Origin: a virus
Taxonomy: Duplodnaviria; Caudoviricetes
Strand: one strand, 5' to 3'
IMG/VR virus record: IMGVR_UViG_3300028591_000141
Span: 34,780 to 98,779 of that record
Length of the DNA: 64,000 bases
Shown: in pieces, positions 1 through 8,630 of the stretch
How positions within the stretch are numbered: position 1 is the stretch's first letter
Layout: every line of letters begins with the position of its first letter
Program-made: the position numbers and the translations under genes
The notes under the pieces: generated by a model
What the model was told of the DNA's origin: nothing
Database searches by the model: none
The model's input: only the letters and a program-made list of their open reading frames with translations

Positions 1-122
1 GGCACGTACCGGATCACGCTGCCGTCGCTCATCGGCACCATCAGATACGGCACCGGATCGACGCCTGGATGGTCCCAATGGGCCTTGATGTTCGGGATGT
101 CGGGAAGGATGCACTCAATCAT
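1..122 (-). CDS. phage early protein, partial (runs off the window)
   Basis: GGAGG RBS then ATG at 122 reading MIECILPDIPNIKAHWDHPGVDPVPYL... with no stop before base 1. Confidence 0.55.
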   Translation of the reverse strand, partial: MIECILPDIPNIKAHWDHPGVDPVPYLMVPMSDGSVIRYV

Positions 123-433
123 GCAGATCCGCCTCCCATTCCCCGCCATGCCGGTAACGGCAATCATCACAGGCGCCACGATGAGCATACTTGTAAGCTC
201 TGCATCTATTACACAGTTCGTTCCGGCAATTCCTGAGCTCGCTCTGAAGGCGCCGGATCTTGTTTTTCATCTCCTGCTCGTTCACAGTTTCACCTCCAAC
301 TATTGGCGCGACTTCTCACCGACGCCATTTCTGCCTCATATTTTCTTGCGAATTTCCTCAGCTGGTTAATCACCGCTTCAGGATCAGACAACATCATCAG
401 CTTTTGACCATCGTACATAGTTAGGGAGCTTCA

Positions 434-985
434 TCATTCTGGGCTCACCTCAAGATATTCGGCCTTGATGTAGCCCTGAGACGTGCAGGCCCAGCCGTCG
501 GCAATATAGTAGACATAAACCTTGCTCAGGTTCGTCAGCCAGGGCGCCCCGCTGACCTGCGGTCCGTTCATCCACCGCCGGCACGCGACTCTTTTCGGAG
601 CGCAGCAAACATAAGTTTTATTGATGACTTCCGGCTCTTCCGTTACTACATAGCCGCAGTACACCCAGCCCTCGCCGTATTCTCCGATGTCATAGCAACG
701 GATCCAACCGTCAGCTGATGTCCAATCAGTCATGAACCAGTCGCCGGCGTCAAGGTAGCCGACTTCCATGCCGTTCTTGCTGGGCGTCCTGCGGACGTGG
801 ACATAGTTGATTGTGTGGTCGTGGTTCTCCGGTTTGCACATCACCCAGCAGCGAACAAGGGCGTCTTCGCCTTTGCAGACGCTGACGGTGATCGCGACGA
901 CGACCGTGATGAGGACGGCGATCAGCGCGATAAACGCCACTATCTTTTCGCGGTCAAATATGCTATACTTATTTCGATGATTCAT
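434..985 (-). CDS. membrane-anchored SH3b-like domain protein
   Basis: N-terminal hydrophobic helix; YVHVRRTPS, EGWVYCGYV and GYIKAEYL motifs; clear homologue of 38210..38746. Confidence 0.7.
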   Translation of the reverse strand: MNHRNKYSIFDREKIVAFIALIAVLITVVVAITVSVCKGEDALVRCWVMCKPENHDHTINYVHVRRTPSKNGMEVGYLDAGDWFMTDWTSADGWIRCYDIGEYGEGWVYCGYVVTEEPEVINKTYVCCAPKRVACRRWMNGPQVSGAPWLTNLSKVYVYYIADGWACTSQGYIKAEYLEVSPE

Positions 986-1203
986 TTCATCACCCCATCA
1001 TTACCGTCAGCAGCTGGTCCCTGCTGGCGGCTCTTTTTTATCCAGTCTTGATACTCTGCTTCCAGATCCGGGTCGGTGAAGGTGCCGTCAGGATTCGTTA
1101 TCTTTTTAATCATCCTTGCGAAGGCACTGGCCGCCGGCCTGAGGTTCGGCTCCTGTCCTGTGTACTCTGCTCTGATCTCAAAGTCAGACATCCGGATCAT
1201 CAT
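982..1203 (-). CDS. hypothetical phage early protein
   Basis: ORF translationally coupled within the leftward operon downstream of cro. Confidence 0.6.
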   Translation of the reverse strand: MMIRMSDFEIRAEYTGQEPNLRPAASAFARMIKKITNPDGTFTDPDLEAEYQDWIKKSRQQGPAADGNDGVMK

Positions 1204-1423
1204 CCTTGGACAAGACCACGATCAGCTGACGGGCCATCTCAGCGATACCGGCGTTATGGTTCGCGATCAGGCAGTTTTCATAGGACACTTCGGCCATTGT
1301 TTTCACGGTCTTGTCCGACTTGATACCGCCGATAATCGGATCTCCCATCAGATCCAGGGCTGTGTGCTCGATGAGTGGAATCAGATCTACCAACTGGAAA
1401 GTATGGTATGGACTCCTTGCCAT
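1184..1423 (-). CDS. hypothetical phage early protein (true start MARSPYH)
   Basis: AGGAGGTG RBS upstream of ATG at 1423; 3' part of ORF 1184..1633. Confidence 0.6.
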   Translation of the reverse strand: MARSPYHTFQLVDLIPLIEHTALDLMGDPIIGGIKSDKTVKTMAEVSYENCLIANHNAGIAEMARQLIVVLSKDDDPDV

Positions 1424-1445
1424 TGTTGTTTCACCTCCTTTCCGC

Positions 1446-1667
1446 TTAAAGCGGACGCTTACCGCAAAAAATAAAGCTGGCCGGGTACTGATACAGATCG
1501 CAGATTTCCATGAACTTGTCATATCCTGGCACAGTATTTCCTTTTTCCCAGTTTCGGAGCGTTTCAGTTGTGACGTGAAGTTTCGCGGCAGCAACGTCCT
1601 GAAGGAATCCTGCATTGACACGGGCAGCGGCAAGGGAAATCTTCGGCGGGTAGTTCATGCCCTCCAT
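1446..1667 (-). CDS. Cro-like XRE HTH regulator (phage A)
   Basis: ARVNAGFLQDVAAAKLHVTTETLRNWEKG HTH; divergent from the repressor. Confidence 0.85.
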   Translation of the reverse strand: MEGMNYPPKISLAAARVNAGFLQDVAAAKLHVTTETLRNWEKGNTVPGYDKFMEICDLYQYPASFIFCGKRPL

Positions 1668-1709
1668 ATTGTGGTTTACCTCCTTTCAAATTGTCTTGAA
1701 CCACTACCC

Positions 1710-1796
1710 ATTATATCCGCTTTAAGCGGATTGTCAAGCATTAAGCGGAAATATTTTTTGGTTATGCTTGTTTTTTCCGCTTTTATCGAATATACT
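1710..1796. promoter_or_regulatory. phage A genetic switch: divergent promoters and operators
   Basis: Leftward TTGACA(1737-1732)-N16-TATAAT(1715-1710); rightward TTGTTT(1768)-N17-TATACT(1791); palindrome TCCGCTTTAAGCGGA at 1716-1730, partial copies at 1735 and 1776, full copy TCCGCTTAAAGCGGA at 1441-1455. Confidence 0.8.
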
Positions 1797-1819
1797 AATG
1801 TTCCAAGGAGGAATCAAAT

Positions 1820-2194
1820 ATGCCAGACAATGCCCGTGAAATCTTCGTAAGAAACCTTCGCTATCTGATGAATGTCAGAGGAATCAGCCAGGCAGATATC
1901 TGCCGGGAGCTCGGTGTGTCTTCAACAACAGTATCAGACTGGTGTGCCGGAAAGAAGTATCCGCGTGTGGACGCTATGCAACGCCTGGCCGATCTGCTGG
2001 GTGTACTGTTCTCAACATTGACAACAGAAGGCGGTCTGCAGGACTTTGAAGATCAGCAGCGTATCGAAGATCTGCATGAGAATCCGACGCTCCGTTTACT
2101 GTTCGACAAGCAGCGCCGACTCGACGATGCAGATCTGAACGCTGTCCTGGCCGTCGTAAACGCTATTTCAAAGGAGCGTGATCCTGATGGATAA
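1820..2194 (+). CDS. CI/ImmR-like repressor (phage A)
   Basis: XRE HTH (ISQADICRELGVSSTTVSDWCAGKKYPR); located upstream of an ImmA-like gene and integrase. Confidence 0.85.
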   Translation: MPDNAREIFVRNLRYLMNVRGISQADICRELGVSSTTVSDWCAGKKYPRVDAMQRLADLLGVLFSTLTTEGGLQDFEDQQRIEDLHENPTLRLLFDKQRRLDDADLNAVLAVVNAISKERDPDG

Positions 2195-2387
2195 TATACC
2201 GATTATTTTGAAAGACTTACCCGTGCACGTGCGCGGGTTTGTTTGCCTCGGCTCTGACTTCGAGCCCATCATTGTTATCAATGCACGTATGTCAAGAGAG
2301 CAGCAGCTGCGGACATACAAGCATGAGGTAAAGCATCTTCAGCGCGGTGAGATGTACAACGTTAACTATCACGAATACTGTATTTGA
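2187..2387 (+). CDS. minimal ImmA/IrrE-like metallopeptidase (anti-repressor)
   Basis: HExxH (HEVKH) preceded by IIVINARMS; overlaps the repressor stop. Confidence 0.75.
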   Translation: MDNIPIILKDLPVHVRGFVCLGSDFEPIIVINARMSREQQLRTYKHEVKHLQRGEMYNVNYHEYCI

Positions 2388-2400
2388 AGGAGGTACCATC

Positions 2401-2871
2401 ATGAAAAAACTACTCACTGTTATCCTGATCCTGGCACTGGCCGTGCCGGCAGCTGCCTTTGCAGATCTGCCCGACATCTCAAACCTGTCCTATGATGAAC
2501 TTGTCCAACTTAAAGACAGCATCAACCTCGCCATGTGGAACAGTCAGGAATGGCAGGAAGTCACAGTCCCGCAAGGGGTTTGGATTGTTGGGAAAGATAT
2601 CCCTGCCGGAACATGGACCGTTAAATGTGCGATTGACAATATTGCAGCTATTGTAATCGGTGACACCCTCAGCGAAACGGGCACAGACTTGAAACATTCA
2701 CAATATTATCACTCGGAACTCTTAGTGTCTCCTGATTATAAACGTTTTGAGAAAGATAAGGATATTACAGAGTATACTTTCACTGTAAAAGACGGAGATT
2801 ATATTCAGATAAAAAACGCATCCGTTATCTTTACACCTAATACCGGAAAGCCTTCCCTGGGATTCAAATAA
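2401..2871 (+). CDS. secreted/exported lysogeny-module protein
   Basis: Signal peptide MKKLLTVILILALAVPAAAFA; lies between immunity genes and integrase. Confidence 0.7.
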   Translation: MKKLLTVILILALAVPAAAFADLPDISNLSYDELVQLKDSINLAMWNSQEWQEVTVPQGVWIVGKDIPAGTWTVKCAIDNIAAIVIGDTLSETGTDLKHSQYYHSELLVSPDYKRFEKDKDITEYTFTVKDGDYIQIKNASVIFTPNTGKPSLGFK

Positions 2872-2881
2872 GGAGGCCATC

Positions 2882-4465
2882 ATGTCCACCGCTAAGAAGA
2901 AGCTGACAACCTGTGAACCGAAGACGGCCGTGGCCTATGCCCGCTATTCGTCCGCCCAGCAGCGTGACGTATCCATTGAGCAGCAGCTGCGGGATATCAG
3001 GGCATACGCTGAGCGAGAAGGCTATAAGATCATATATGAATATGCCGATCACGCGAAGTCCGGATTCAAGAATGTCGAACGCCGGACCCAGTTCCAGGCC
3101 ATGATACAGGCAGCTGCCTCCGGAGCTTTTGACACAGTCATCGCCTGGAAGGTTGATCGCTTTGGCCGGAATCGCAGGGAGTCAGCAACCTATAAAGGCC
3201 AGCTCGCAGACAACGGCGTTAAGGTCGTATATGCTATGGAACCGATCCCTGACGGGGCCGCCGGTGTTCTTACTGAAGGGATGCTGGAATCCCTGGCAGA
3301 ATGGTACAGCCGGAACATATCGGAGAATACAAAACGCGGTCAGCTGGATAACGCCGTCAAAGGATTGTATAACGGCCACGTCGCGTATGGATACCGCCGG
3401 AGCGCTGATAACCGCTTCGAGATCTATGAGCCGGAGGCTGCAGTCGTTCGCCGGATCTTCGATCTGTACGCTCAAGGACACTCTTTTGCGGATATTGTCA
3501 GAGAATTAAATGATGATGGCATCCTGACCAAATACGGGAATCCGTACCAGAAAGCATCCGTCTTGTATATCCTTACTAATGACAACTATATCGGAACTTA
3601 TCATTTTGCAGACGTCAGGATCCCGAACAGCCTGCCACCGATCATTGATATGGACTTATGGGAACGTGCCCAGGAGCAGCGTCGGAAGACATACAAAAAG
3701 CACGGTTGGGCGCCGGAAGATTACTTTCTCTCTGGCCGCTGCACCTGCGGCCTCTGTGGTTCTCCGATCTATGGAGCGTATGGATCCGGACGCGGAGGGA
3801 AAAGGTATCAGTATTATCACTGCAAAGGAATTAAAACAAAACCAAGAATCTGTACATCGCACTATATGCACAAGGAAGACATCGAAAAGCCGATCTTTGA
3901 CTTCCTGTTTAACAAGATCCTAAAAGGATCGCTTCTGGACGATTATATCGGCATGGTCTCCGATGTGCTGAAGGCCCGTCAGGCGACGTCGCCGAAGCGG
4001 CAGCTGGAAGCTGAACTCAGCGACACCACACGCCGGATCGACAACATCACCCGCGCCATCAGCGAGGGCATCTGGTCAAAGCAGACCGCCGCCATGCTCG
4101 AAGATCTGAATAAACGGGCGGAAGAACTGGAAAAGAAGATCGCTTACCACAAAATGACCGACGAAAAGATCATCGCGGACAGCCGAATCAGGTTTATCAT
4201 GGAAAAGGTAGCAGATGGAAAACGTGACGATCCGGAATACCTGAAAACAGTGATCAATGTCCTGGTCAATCATGTCAGAATCTTTGATCACTGGCTGGAA
4301 GTCGCCATCAACGCAACGGGAGCCATTGAACAGATACCGCCGGAAATCCTTCCGCCGCTTGACGTTCTGCCTGACGGGAACCGGTTCGAGTTTTGTAAAG
4401 TCAACGCCCCTTCACTTTACGTTCTCGAACCATATCCAGTGATCGTCTTCAAGATTGCAATTTGA
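2882..4465 (+). CDS. large serine integrase (phage A)
   Basis: AVAYARYSS catalytic motif, DRFGRN, recombinase domain, CxCGxCG zinc ribbon, coiled coil. Confidence 0.93.
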   Translation: MSTAKKKLTTCEPKTAVAYARYSSAQQRDVSIEQQLRDIRAYAEREGYKIIYEYADHAKSGFKNVERRTQFQAMIQAAASGAFDTVIAWKVDRFGRNRRESATYKGQLADNGVKVVYAMEPIPDGAAGVLTEGMLESLAEWYSRNISENTKRGQLDNAVKGLYNGHVAYGYRRSADNRFEIYEPEAAVVRRIFDLYAQGHSFADIVRELNDDGILTKYGNPYQKASVLYILTNDNYIGTYHFADVRIPNSLPPIIDMDLWERAQEQRRKTYKKHGWAPEDYFLSGRCTCGLCGSPIYGAYGSGRGGKRYQYYHCKGIKTKPRICTSHYMHKEDIEKPIFDFLFNKILKGSLLDDYIGMVSDVLKARQATSPKRQLEAELSDTTRRIDNITRAISEGIWSKQTAAMLEDLNKRAEELEKKIAYHKMTDEKIIADSRIRFIMEKVADGKRDDPEYLKTVINVLVNHVRIFDHWLEVAINATGAIEQIPPEILPPLDVLPDGNRFEFCKVNAPSLYVLEPYPVIVFKIAI

Positions 4466-4466
4466 G

Positions 4467-4488
4467 TGCAAAATCACTGCAAAATCAC
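4467..4488. repeat. tandem 11-bp repeat TGCAAAATCAC x2 right after the integrase stop
   Basis: Read directly; may be part of the serine-integrase att region. Confidence 0.5.
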
Positions 4489-4518
4489 GACAAAGACATG
4501 GAAGTCTGTACAAAGTAC

Positions 4519-4550
4519 AAAAAAAGCGCCCCGGGAGAATTCCCAGGGCG
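4519..4550 (-). terminator. intrinsic terminator of the phage A late/lysis operon
   Basis: CGCCC.GGGA-GAAT-TCCC.GGGCG hairpin with A7 on + (U tract on -). Confidence 0.7.
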
Positions 4551-4567
4551 TTACTTATAGTCAACAG

Positions 4568-4807
4568 TTATTCTTCTTCATCGGGCGGTACTTCTTCTTC
4601 CGGAATCTCTACAATTCCGGCATTCGCTGCATCGATCAGGCCTTCACCGATGATATAGGCGACAACAGCCGCCCCGGCCATGATCAGCGCTGTCACCTGA
4701 ACAGCTGTTTCCTGTTTGCCTCCAAAGGCAAGGATCAGCATAGTAACGAATTCAGCGATAGCCGCCCAGAATTTCCTGCTTGTCAGTTTCCTTTTCCAAT
4801 CGATCAT
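4568..4807 (-). CDS. holin
   Basis: IDWKRKLTSRKFW motif, two TM helices, acidic tail; in lysis cassette. Confidence 0.8.
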   Translation of the reverse strand: MIDWKRKLTSRKFWAAIAEFVTMLILAFGGKQETAVQVTALIMAGAAVVAYIIGEGLIDAANAGIVEIPEEEVPPDEEE

Positions 4808-5232
4808 TCGTTTGTACCTCCATTTATAATATTTTCATGCTCAGCGGTGTATGCCGCTGCCTTTGTGGTCCGTTCGGTCATATACTCTGTCAGAGCTGTT
4901 ATCTGGTCCTTTAATTTGTCGTGATCGTTTCCTGAATAAAAGTGCATCATCAGCGCCATCTGAGTATTTAACATATGCCCCATGTCGTCAGATTGCAGCT
5001 CGAACCTTTTATCGCCCAAGCTGAGCCGCGCCTCCACTTTCTTCATCCTCCCTTCCAACGCAGCACACCTGTCAGCAATCGCTTGTACTTTGTCACGGAC
5101 GGATATTTTACGGTAGGCTTCCCAGCCTTTGACCAGGGCAACCAGGACGCCGGCGACGGCCACGACCAACGCGACCACATACAGGATCGAATCGAACGTG
5201 ATCCCTGCCTCCGGCAGTTTTACTTCAGGCAT
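4804..5232 (-). CDS. lysis-module membrane protein (TM plus coiled coil)
   Basis: Start MPEVKL overlaps the endolysin stop; one TM helix; resembles 48713..49207. Confidence 0.65.
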   Translation of the reverse strand: MPEVKLPEAGITFDSILYVVALVVAVAGVLVALVKGWEAYRKISVRDKVQAIADRCAALEGRMKKVEARLSLGDKRFELQSDDMGHMLNTQMALMMHFYSGNDHDKLKDQITALTEYMTERTTKAAAYTAEHENIINGGTNE

Positions 5233-6110
5233 CAGACAACACTCCCTTTCTTTATTACCGCGCCATGGTAGTTTCCGGCGATTGCCTGGGCCTGTGTCAG
5301 GTCCAGACCGGATATGATCACACTGTAAACCGTGACAGGATCCGGCTGTGGTTTCAGACCGTCCACAGCAGCCTGCAGCTCCGCCCATGTACGCGGACCG
5401 CAGATCCCGTCAATGCCGAGCTTGTGGTCCTGCTGGAACTCCTTGACGGCTTTCTCGGTGGCCGTGCCGAAGTCTCCGTCAACGCCGCAGATTCCGAGAT
5501 TGTACCCGAGCTTGTCGAGCATGGTCTGCAGCTGCTTGACGTAGGTGTTCCGGTTGCCTCTCCGGATCGTCGGCAGCTTTGCCGGCTGCGGTTCGGGCGC
5601 GGGTGCCGGCACGGGCTCCACACCGTCAAAAGAGACGTCTTTCAGCTCGCCCCAGTGCGTCCAGCGAGCCTCCGTCACCTTGGAGGTGATCACGCCCTTC
5701 TGGGTGCCATAGGCTTCGATTACGGTGCCGTTCCCGATAAACAAGCCGACATGGCCGTACTTTTTGTCCTTCTCCTTCCAGGTGAATACCGCCGTGCCGG
5801 GCTTCAGTTCCTGCCCGTCAGAGCGCTGGCCTTTGGACAACGTACCATTTGCCACGCACCATTTTCTGTACATAGTGTCAGATCCGTGGTACATGGTAGA
5901 CCCGAGCTGCTTGAACGCCCAGGTGAACATACCGGAGCAATCGGCGACATTGTGGCCCACCCACTTCTGGCCGTATTTCACGGTTTGCTCCCGCGTGGCA
6001 CGGTCCTGCTGGGCCTGCGTCCACTTCCCGCCGACAGCGCCCCATATATAGCCCCATTTATTTGATAAAGCGAATTGGAACTTACTGATCAGGTCGTTTG
6101 CCGTGATCAT
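5232..6110 (-). CDS. endolysin: NlpC/P60-type peptidase plus peptidoglycan-binding domain
   Basis: DCSG and HVGLFIG catalytic motifs; Pro-rich linker; DGDFGxxTExAVKEFQ PG-binding repeat. Confidence 0.9.
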   Translation of the reverse strand: MITANDLISKFQFALSNKWGYIWGAVGGKWTQAQQDRATREQTVKYGQKWVGHNVADCSGMFTWAFKQLGSTMYHGSDTMYRKWCVANGTLSKGQRSDGQELKPGTAVFTWKEKDKKYGHVGLFIGNGTVIEAYGTQKGVITSKVTEARWTHWGELKDVSFDGVEPVPAPAPEPQPAKLPTIRRGNRNTYVKQLQTMLDKLGYNLGICGVDGDFGTATEKAVKEFQQDHKLGIDGICGPRTWAELQAAVDGLKPQPDPVTVYSVIISGLDLTQAQAIAGNYHGAVIKKGSVV

Positions 6111-6216
6111 CGTGCTTTCCTCCCTTCCACCTTCTCGGATCTGCGCCCATGACGATTATCCAGTCGACCACCACGAGAACGACCGCGATCGCGGCCACAT
6201 AGACCCACCAGTGCAT
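6082..6216 (-). CDS. small membrane protein (44 aa; not in ORF track)
   Basis: GGAGGTG RBS; MHWWVYVAAIAVVLVVVDWIIVMG... Confidence 0.55.
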   Translation of the reverse strand: MHWWVYVAAIAVVLVVVDWIIVMGADPRRWKGGKHDDHGKRPDQ

Positions 6217-6408
6217 ACGGCACCTCCAAAAATATGTTTGTTCCCCTTGTCTCGCAAAGGGAACTATGAGAAAATAAGCATAGAAAAAGAGCGCTGCGGG
6301 TTAGGCCCCCGCGAACGCTCTCACAGGTGGAGAATGTGGTGCGAGCACACCCTCCAAGATGAGTTTATCACATCCCTCCACCATTACGCAAGGAAGGATG
6401 TGTTTTTT

Positions 6409-7407
6409 GTGTCCGATAATTCTGAACTGTTCCGAAACGAACTGATCGCGAAGCTCGAATCAATGCTCCCGCCGGAGCAGCTGAGGGCCGTCCTGGCTGC
6501 CTTTGACACGACCTCGGCGTCCTATCAGATCAGCCGGCAGCAGCTGGACCTGATCGCGACTGATGGCTTCCCGGAGCCCGTCAAATGGTATCTGGCATCG
6601 AAGGCCGTCGCCAACCGGAGCCCCGGCACCGTCAAGCAGTACCGTTATAAACTGCTACACTTCTTTGACACTGTCAAAAAGCCGTTCCAGGACATCCGGC
6701 CCAACGACATCCGCGTCTACCTCTTCCAGTTCAAGAAGGAGCGGAACGCGTCCGACTGTTACCTGGAGAGTGTCCGGATCACGCTCAACGGCTTTTTTGG
6801 GTGGTTGGTAGCCAACGAATACCTCATGCGGAACCCGTGCGCGAACGTGGAGAAGATCCATTTCAACGCGAAGCGCCGGGAACCGCTCAGCATGGAACAG
6901 CTGGAGACGCTGCGGTGGAACGTCCAGGGCGTCCGGGAAAAGGCGCTGATTGACTTCCTGTTCTCCACCGGCTGCCGCGTCTCTGAGTGCGCTGACGTCC
7001 GCCTGTCGGACATCGGCTGGAAGGACCGTTCCGTTCTGATCCGCCACGGCAAGGGCGATAAGGAACGCATTGTTTATTTCAACGCAGAGGCGCTTGTCTC
7101 CATGCGGAAATACATCGACACCCGCCAGGACGACACAGACGCGCTGTTTGTCAGCGTCAAGGCGCCACACGCCGCGATCGGCGCCCATGCGCTGGAGAAT
7201 ATCATCAGCAAGGTCGCCGGCAGGACAGATCTGCACGTTTTCCCGCACAAGCTCCGGCATACCTTCGCCACGGCCGGGATGAACAGCGGGATGCCGCTGC
7301 ACGTCCTCCAGCAGCTGATGGGCCATGCCAAACCGGAGACCACCATGATCTACGCGAAGCAGATGCAGGAAGGCCTCCGGGCCGAACATCAGCGGGTGTA
7401 CGCTTAA
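6409..7407 (+). CDS. XerD-like tyrosine recombinase between tail and lysis genes
   Basis: Full catalytic set TGCRVSE, GKGDK, HKLRH, MGH, TMIY; N-terminal SAM-like domain; GTG start at 6409 after AGGAAGG. Confidence 0.9.
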   Translation: MSDNSELFRNELIAKLESMLPPEQLRAVLAAFDTTSASYQISRQQLDLIATDGFPEPVKWYLASKAVANRSPGTVKQYRYKLLHFFDTVKKPFQDIRPNDIRVYLFQFKKERNASDCYLESVRITLNGFFGWLVANEYLMRNPCANVEKIHFNAKRREPLSMEQLETLRWNVQGVREKALIDFLFSTGCRVSECADVRLSDIGWKDRSVLIRHGKGDKERIVYFNAEALVSMRKYIDTRQDDTDALFVSVKAPHAAIGAHALENIISKVAGRTDLHVFPHKLRHTFATAGMNSGMPLHVLQQLMGHAKPETTMIYAKQMQEGLRAEHQRVYA

Positions 7408-7412
7408 TAAGT

Positions 7413-7450
7413 TTCCGGCAGGAGGTGCTTCCCCCTGCCGGTTATTATTT
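7413..7450. terminator. terminator between the recombinase and the convergent tail-tip gene
   Basis: CCGGCAGG...CCTGCCGG hairpin followed by a T-rich run. Confidence 0.65.
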
Positions 7451-7480
7451 TGACTGTCGGTGCTGCGTTAAATCAGTCAT

Positions 7481-7930
7481 TTATAACTTTGTATATAATG
7501 CCCTAACTTTAATTGTCCTGTTTGCTCCAACCTGTGCAAATGATTTATTCATGCCAAGCAACTGAACATACTGTACCGTTCCGTCTACAATACTCAAATT
7601 CGGATAAATACCATCTGTTGTTGTCAAATAATAAAGATCATCATTCTGAACAAACGTTGCCCCAATCAGAATATACCCTGCTATTGTTGCCGATGCTGAA
7701 ACCGTTCTGCCAGAACTTGAAGTTAATTCAATATTATAATCATAATAATGAACTTTTTTGACATTACTATTTAACGAATCAATCTGATCCTGGACAGATG
7801 TGTTCCCGACAGCGCCGAGTTTCGTGTCGAGAAGGTTGGAATTATAGTTGATATCGTCCACGCTGGCCGGGTCTGTTCCCTGGGGGATCCTCAGTCCGAT
7901 GTTCGGGGTCGGGGTTCCTGTTGCTGCCAT
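7481..7930 (-). CDS. tail-tip/fibre-like protein with a variable AT-rich C-terminal domain
   Basis: N-terminus TPNIGLRIP...DDINYNSNLLD typical of tail-fibre anchors; last gene of the tail operon; composition break at DSLNS. Confidence 0.65.
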   Translation of the reverse strand: MAATGTPTPNIGLRIPQGTDPASVDDINYNSNLLDTKLGAVGNTSVQDQIDSLNSNVKKVHYYDYNIELTSSSGRTVSASATIAGYILIGATFVQNDDLYYLTTTDGIYPNLSIVDGTVQYVQLLGMNKSFAQVGANRTIKVRALYTKL

Positions 7931-7932
7931 AA

Positions 7933-8310
7933 TTAATTACCACCTTTCTGATTAGTTGTGAATTGGACAAAACAATCAAGGGCGTCAACGTCATCCATGG
8001 ACAGCGTCAGCCCGGGAATAGAGATCGGAATCTGAACCGGTTTGACCTTCAGATCCACATCAATGTCACTGAGTTCTTTCAACCTCTGCCGGAACGCAGC
8101 AGCTGCTTCCTGACTCTCGAACGTGATGGATCCATCAGCATTGACTTTTGCGCTGTCGGTCATCTTTTTTTCTTCATCGAGTTGGAAGTCCCACTGAGGC
8201 TGCAGCGCCTGCTTGATCTTGAACAGATCAAAGGCCAGCTTGATCGGAAGATCTTGCTGGCCAAGTTTTGTTAATGCTTTGTATGCTTTTATTACCTTGA
8301 ATTGTTTCAT
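7933..8310 (-). CDS. tail-module hypothetical protein
   Basis: Co-oriented ORF with RBS in the tail operon. Confidence 0.6.
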   Translation of the reverse strand: MKQFKVIKAYKALTKLGQQDLPIKLAFDLFKIKQALQPQWDFQLDEEKKMTDSAKVNADGSITFESQEAAAAFRQRLKELSDIDVDLKVKPVQIPISIPGLTLSMDDVDALDCFVQFTTNQKGGN

Positions 8311-8319
8311 GCGTCCTCC

Positions 8320-8616
8320 TTATTCACCGAGTACATCTATCGGGACGGTCAGCGCGATACGAAGATTCCCGCTTTCCGCAAGCACAATAGCCTCGATCAG
8401 GTCGGTATATCCGCGGTATTCCTTACTCACTTCACCGCCAATCAAGCCCTGGATAAAGTTGGTTTCGTCAGTGTTGGAAAAGACCGGAATAATCTCCATC
8501 ATGCTCTTTCCGACAAATTCGATATAAAGAACTGATGTCACACCGATCACCGTCGCGCCCATGAACCGGATAGGAAACTCTTTCCCGGTTGCTGTTCTGA
8601 CAGACAATTCGTCCAC
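8320..8616 (-). CDS. tail-module hypothetical protein
   Basis: Co-oriented ORF; analogous to 54937..55203. Confidence 0.6.
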   Translation of the reverse strand: MDELSVRTATGKEFPIRFMGATVIGVTSVLYIEFVGKSMMEIIPVFSNTDETNFIQGLIGGEVSKEYRGYTDLIEAIVLAESGNLRIALTVPIDVLGE

Positions 8617-8630
8617 GGTATCCCTCCTTT

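Noticed and set aside
6103-6408. N-terminal 102 aa of the recombinase ORF
   Set aside because: It overlaps an opposite-strand small gene and a structured leader; the RBS supports GTG at 6409.
7466-7777. Classical invertible tail-fibre switch (Gin/Cin/shufflon)
   Set aside because: Inversion at any downstream site (7466, 51310, 51191, 50782) hits a stop within about 4-14 codons, so no alternative domain is stored on the opposite strand.
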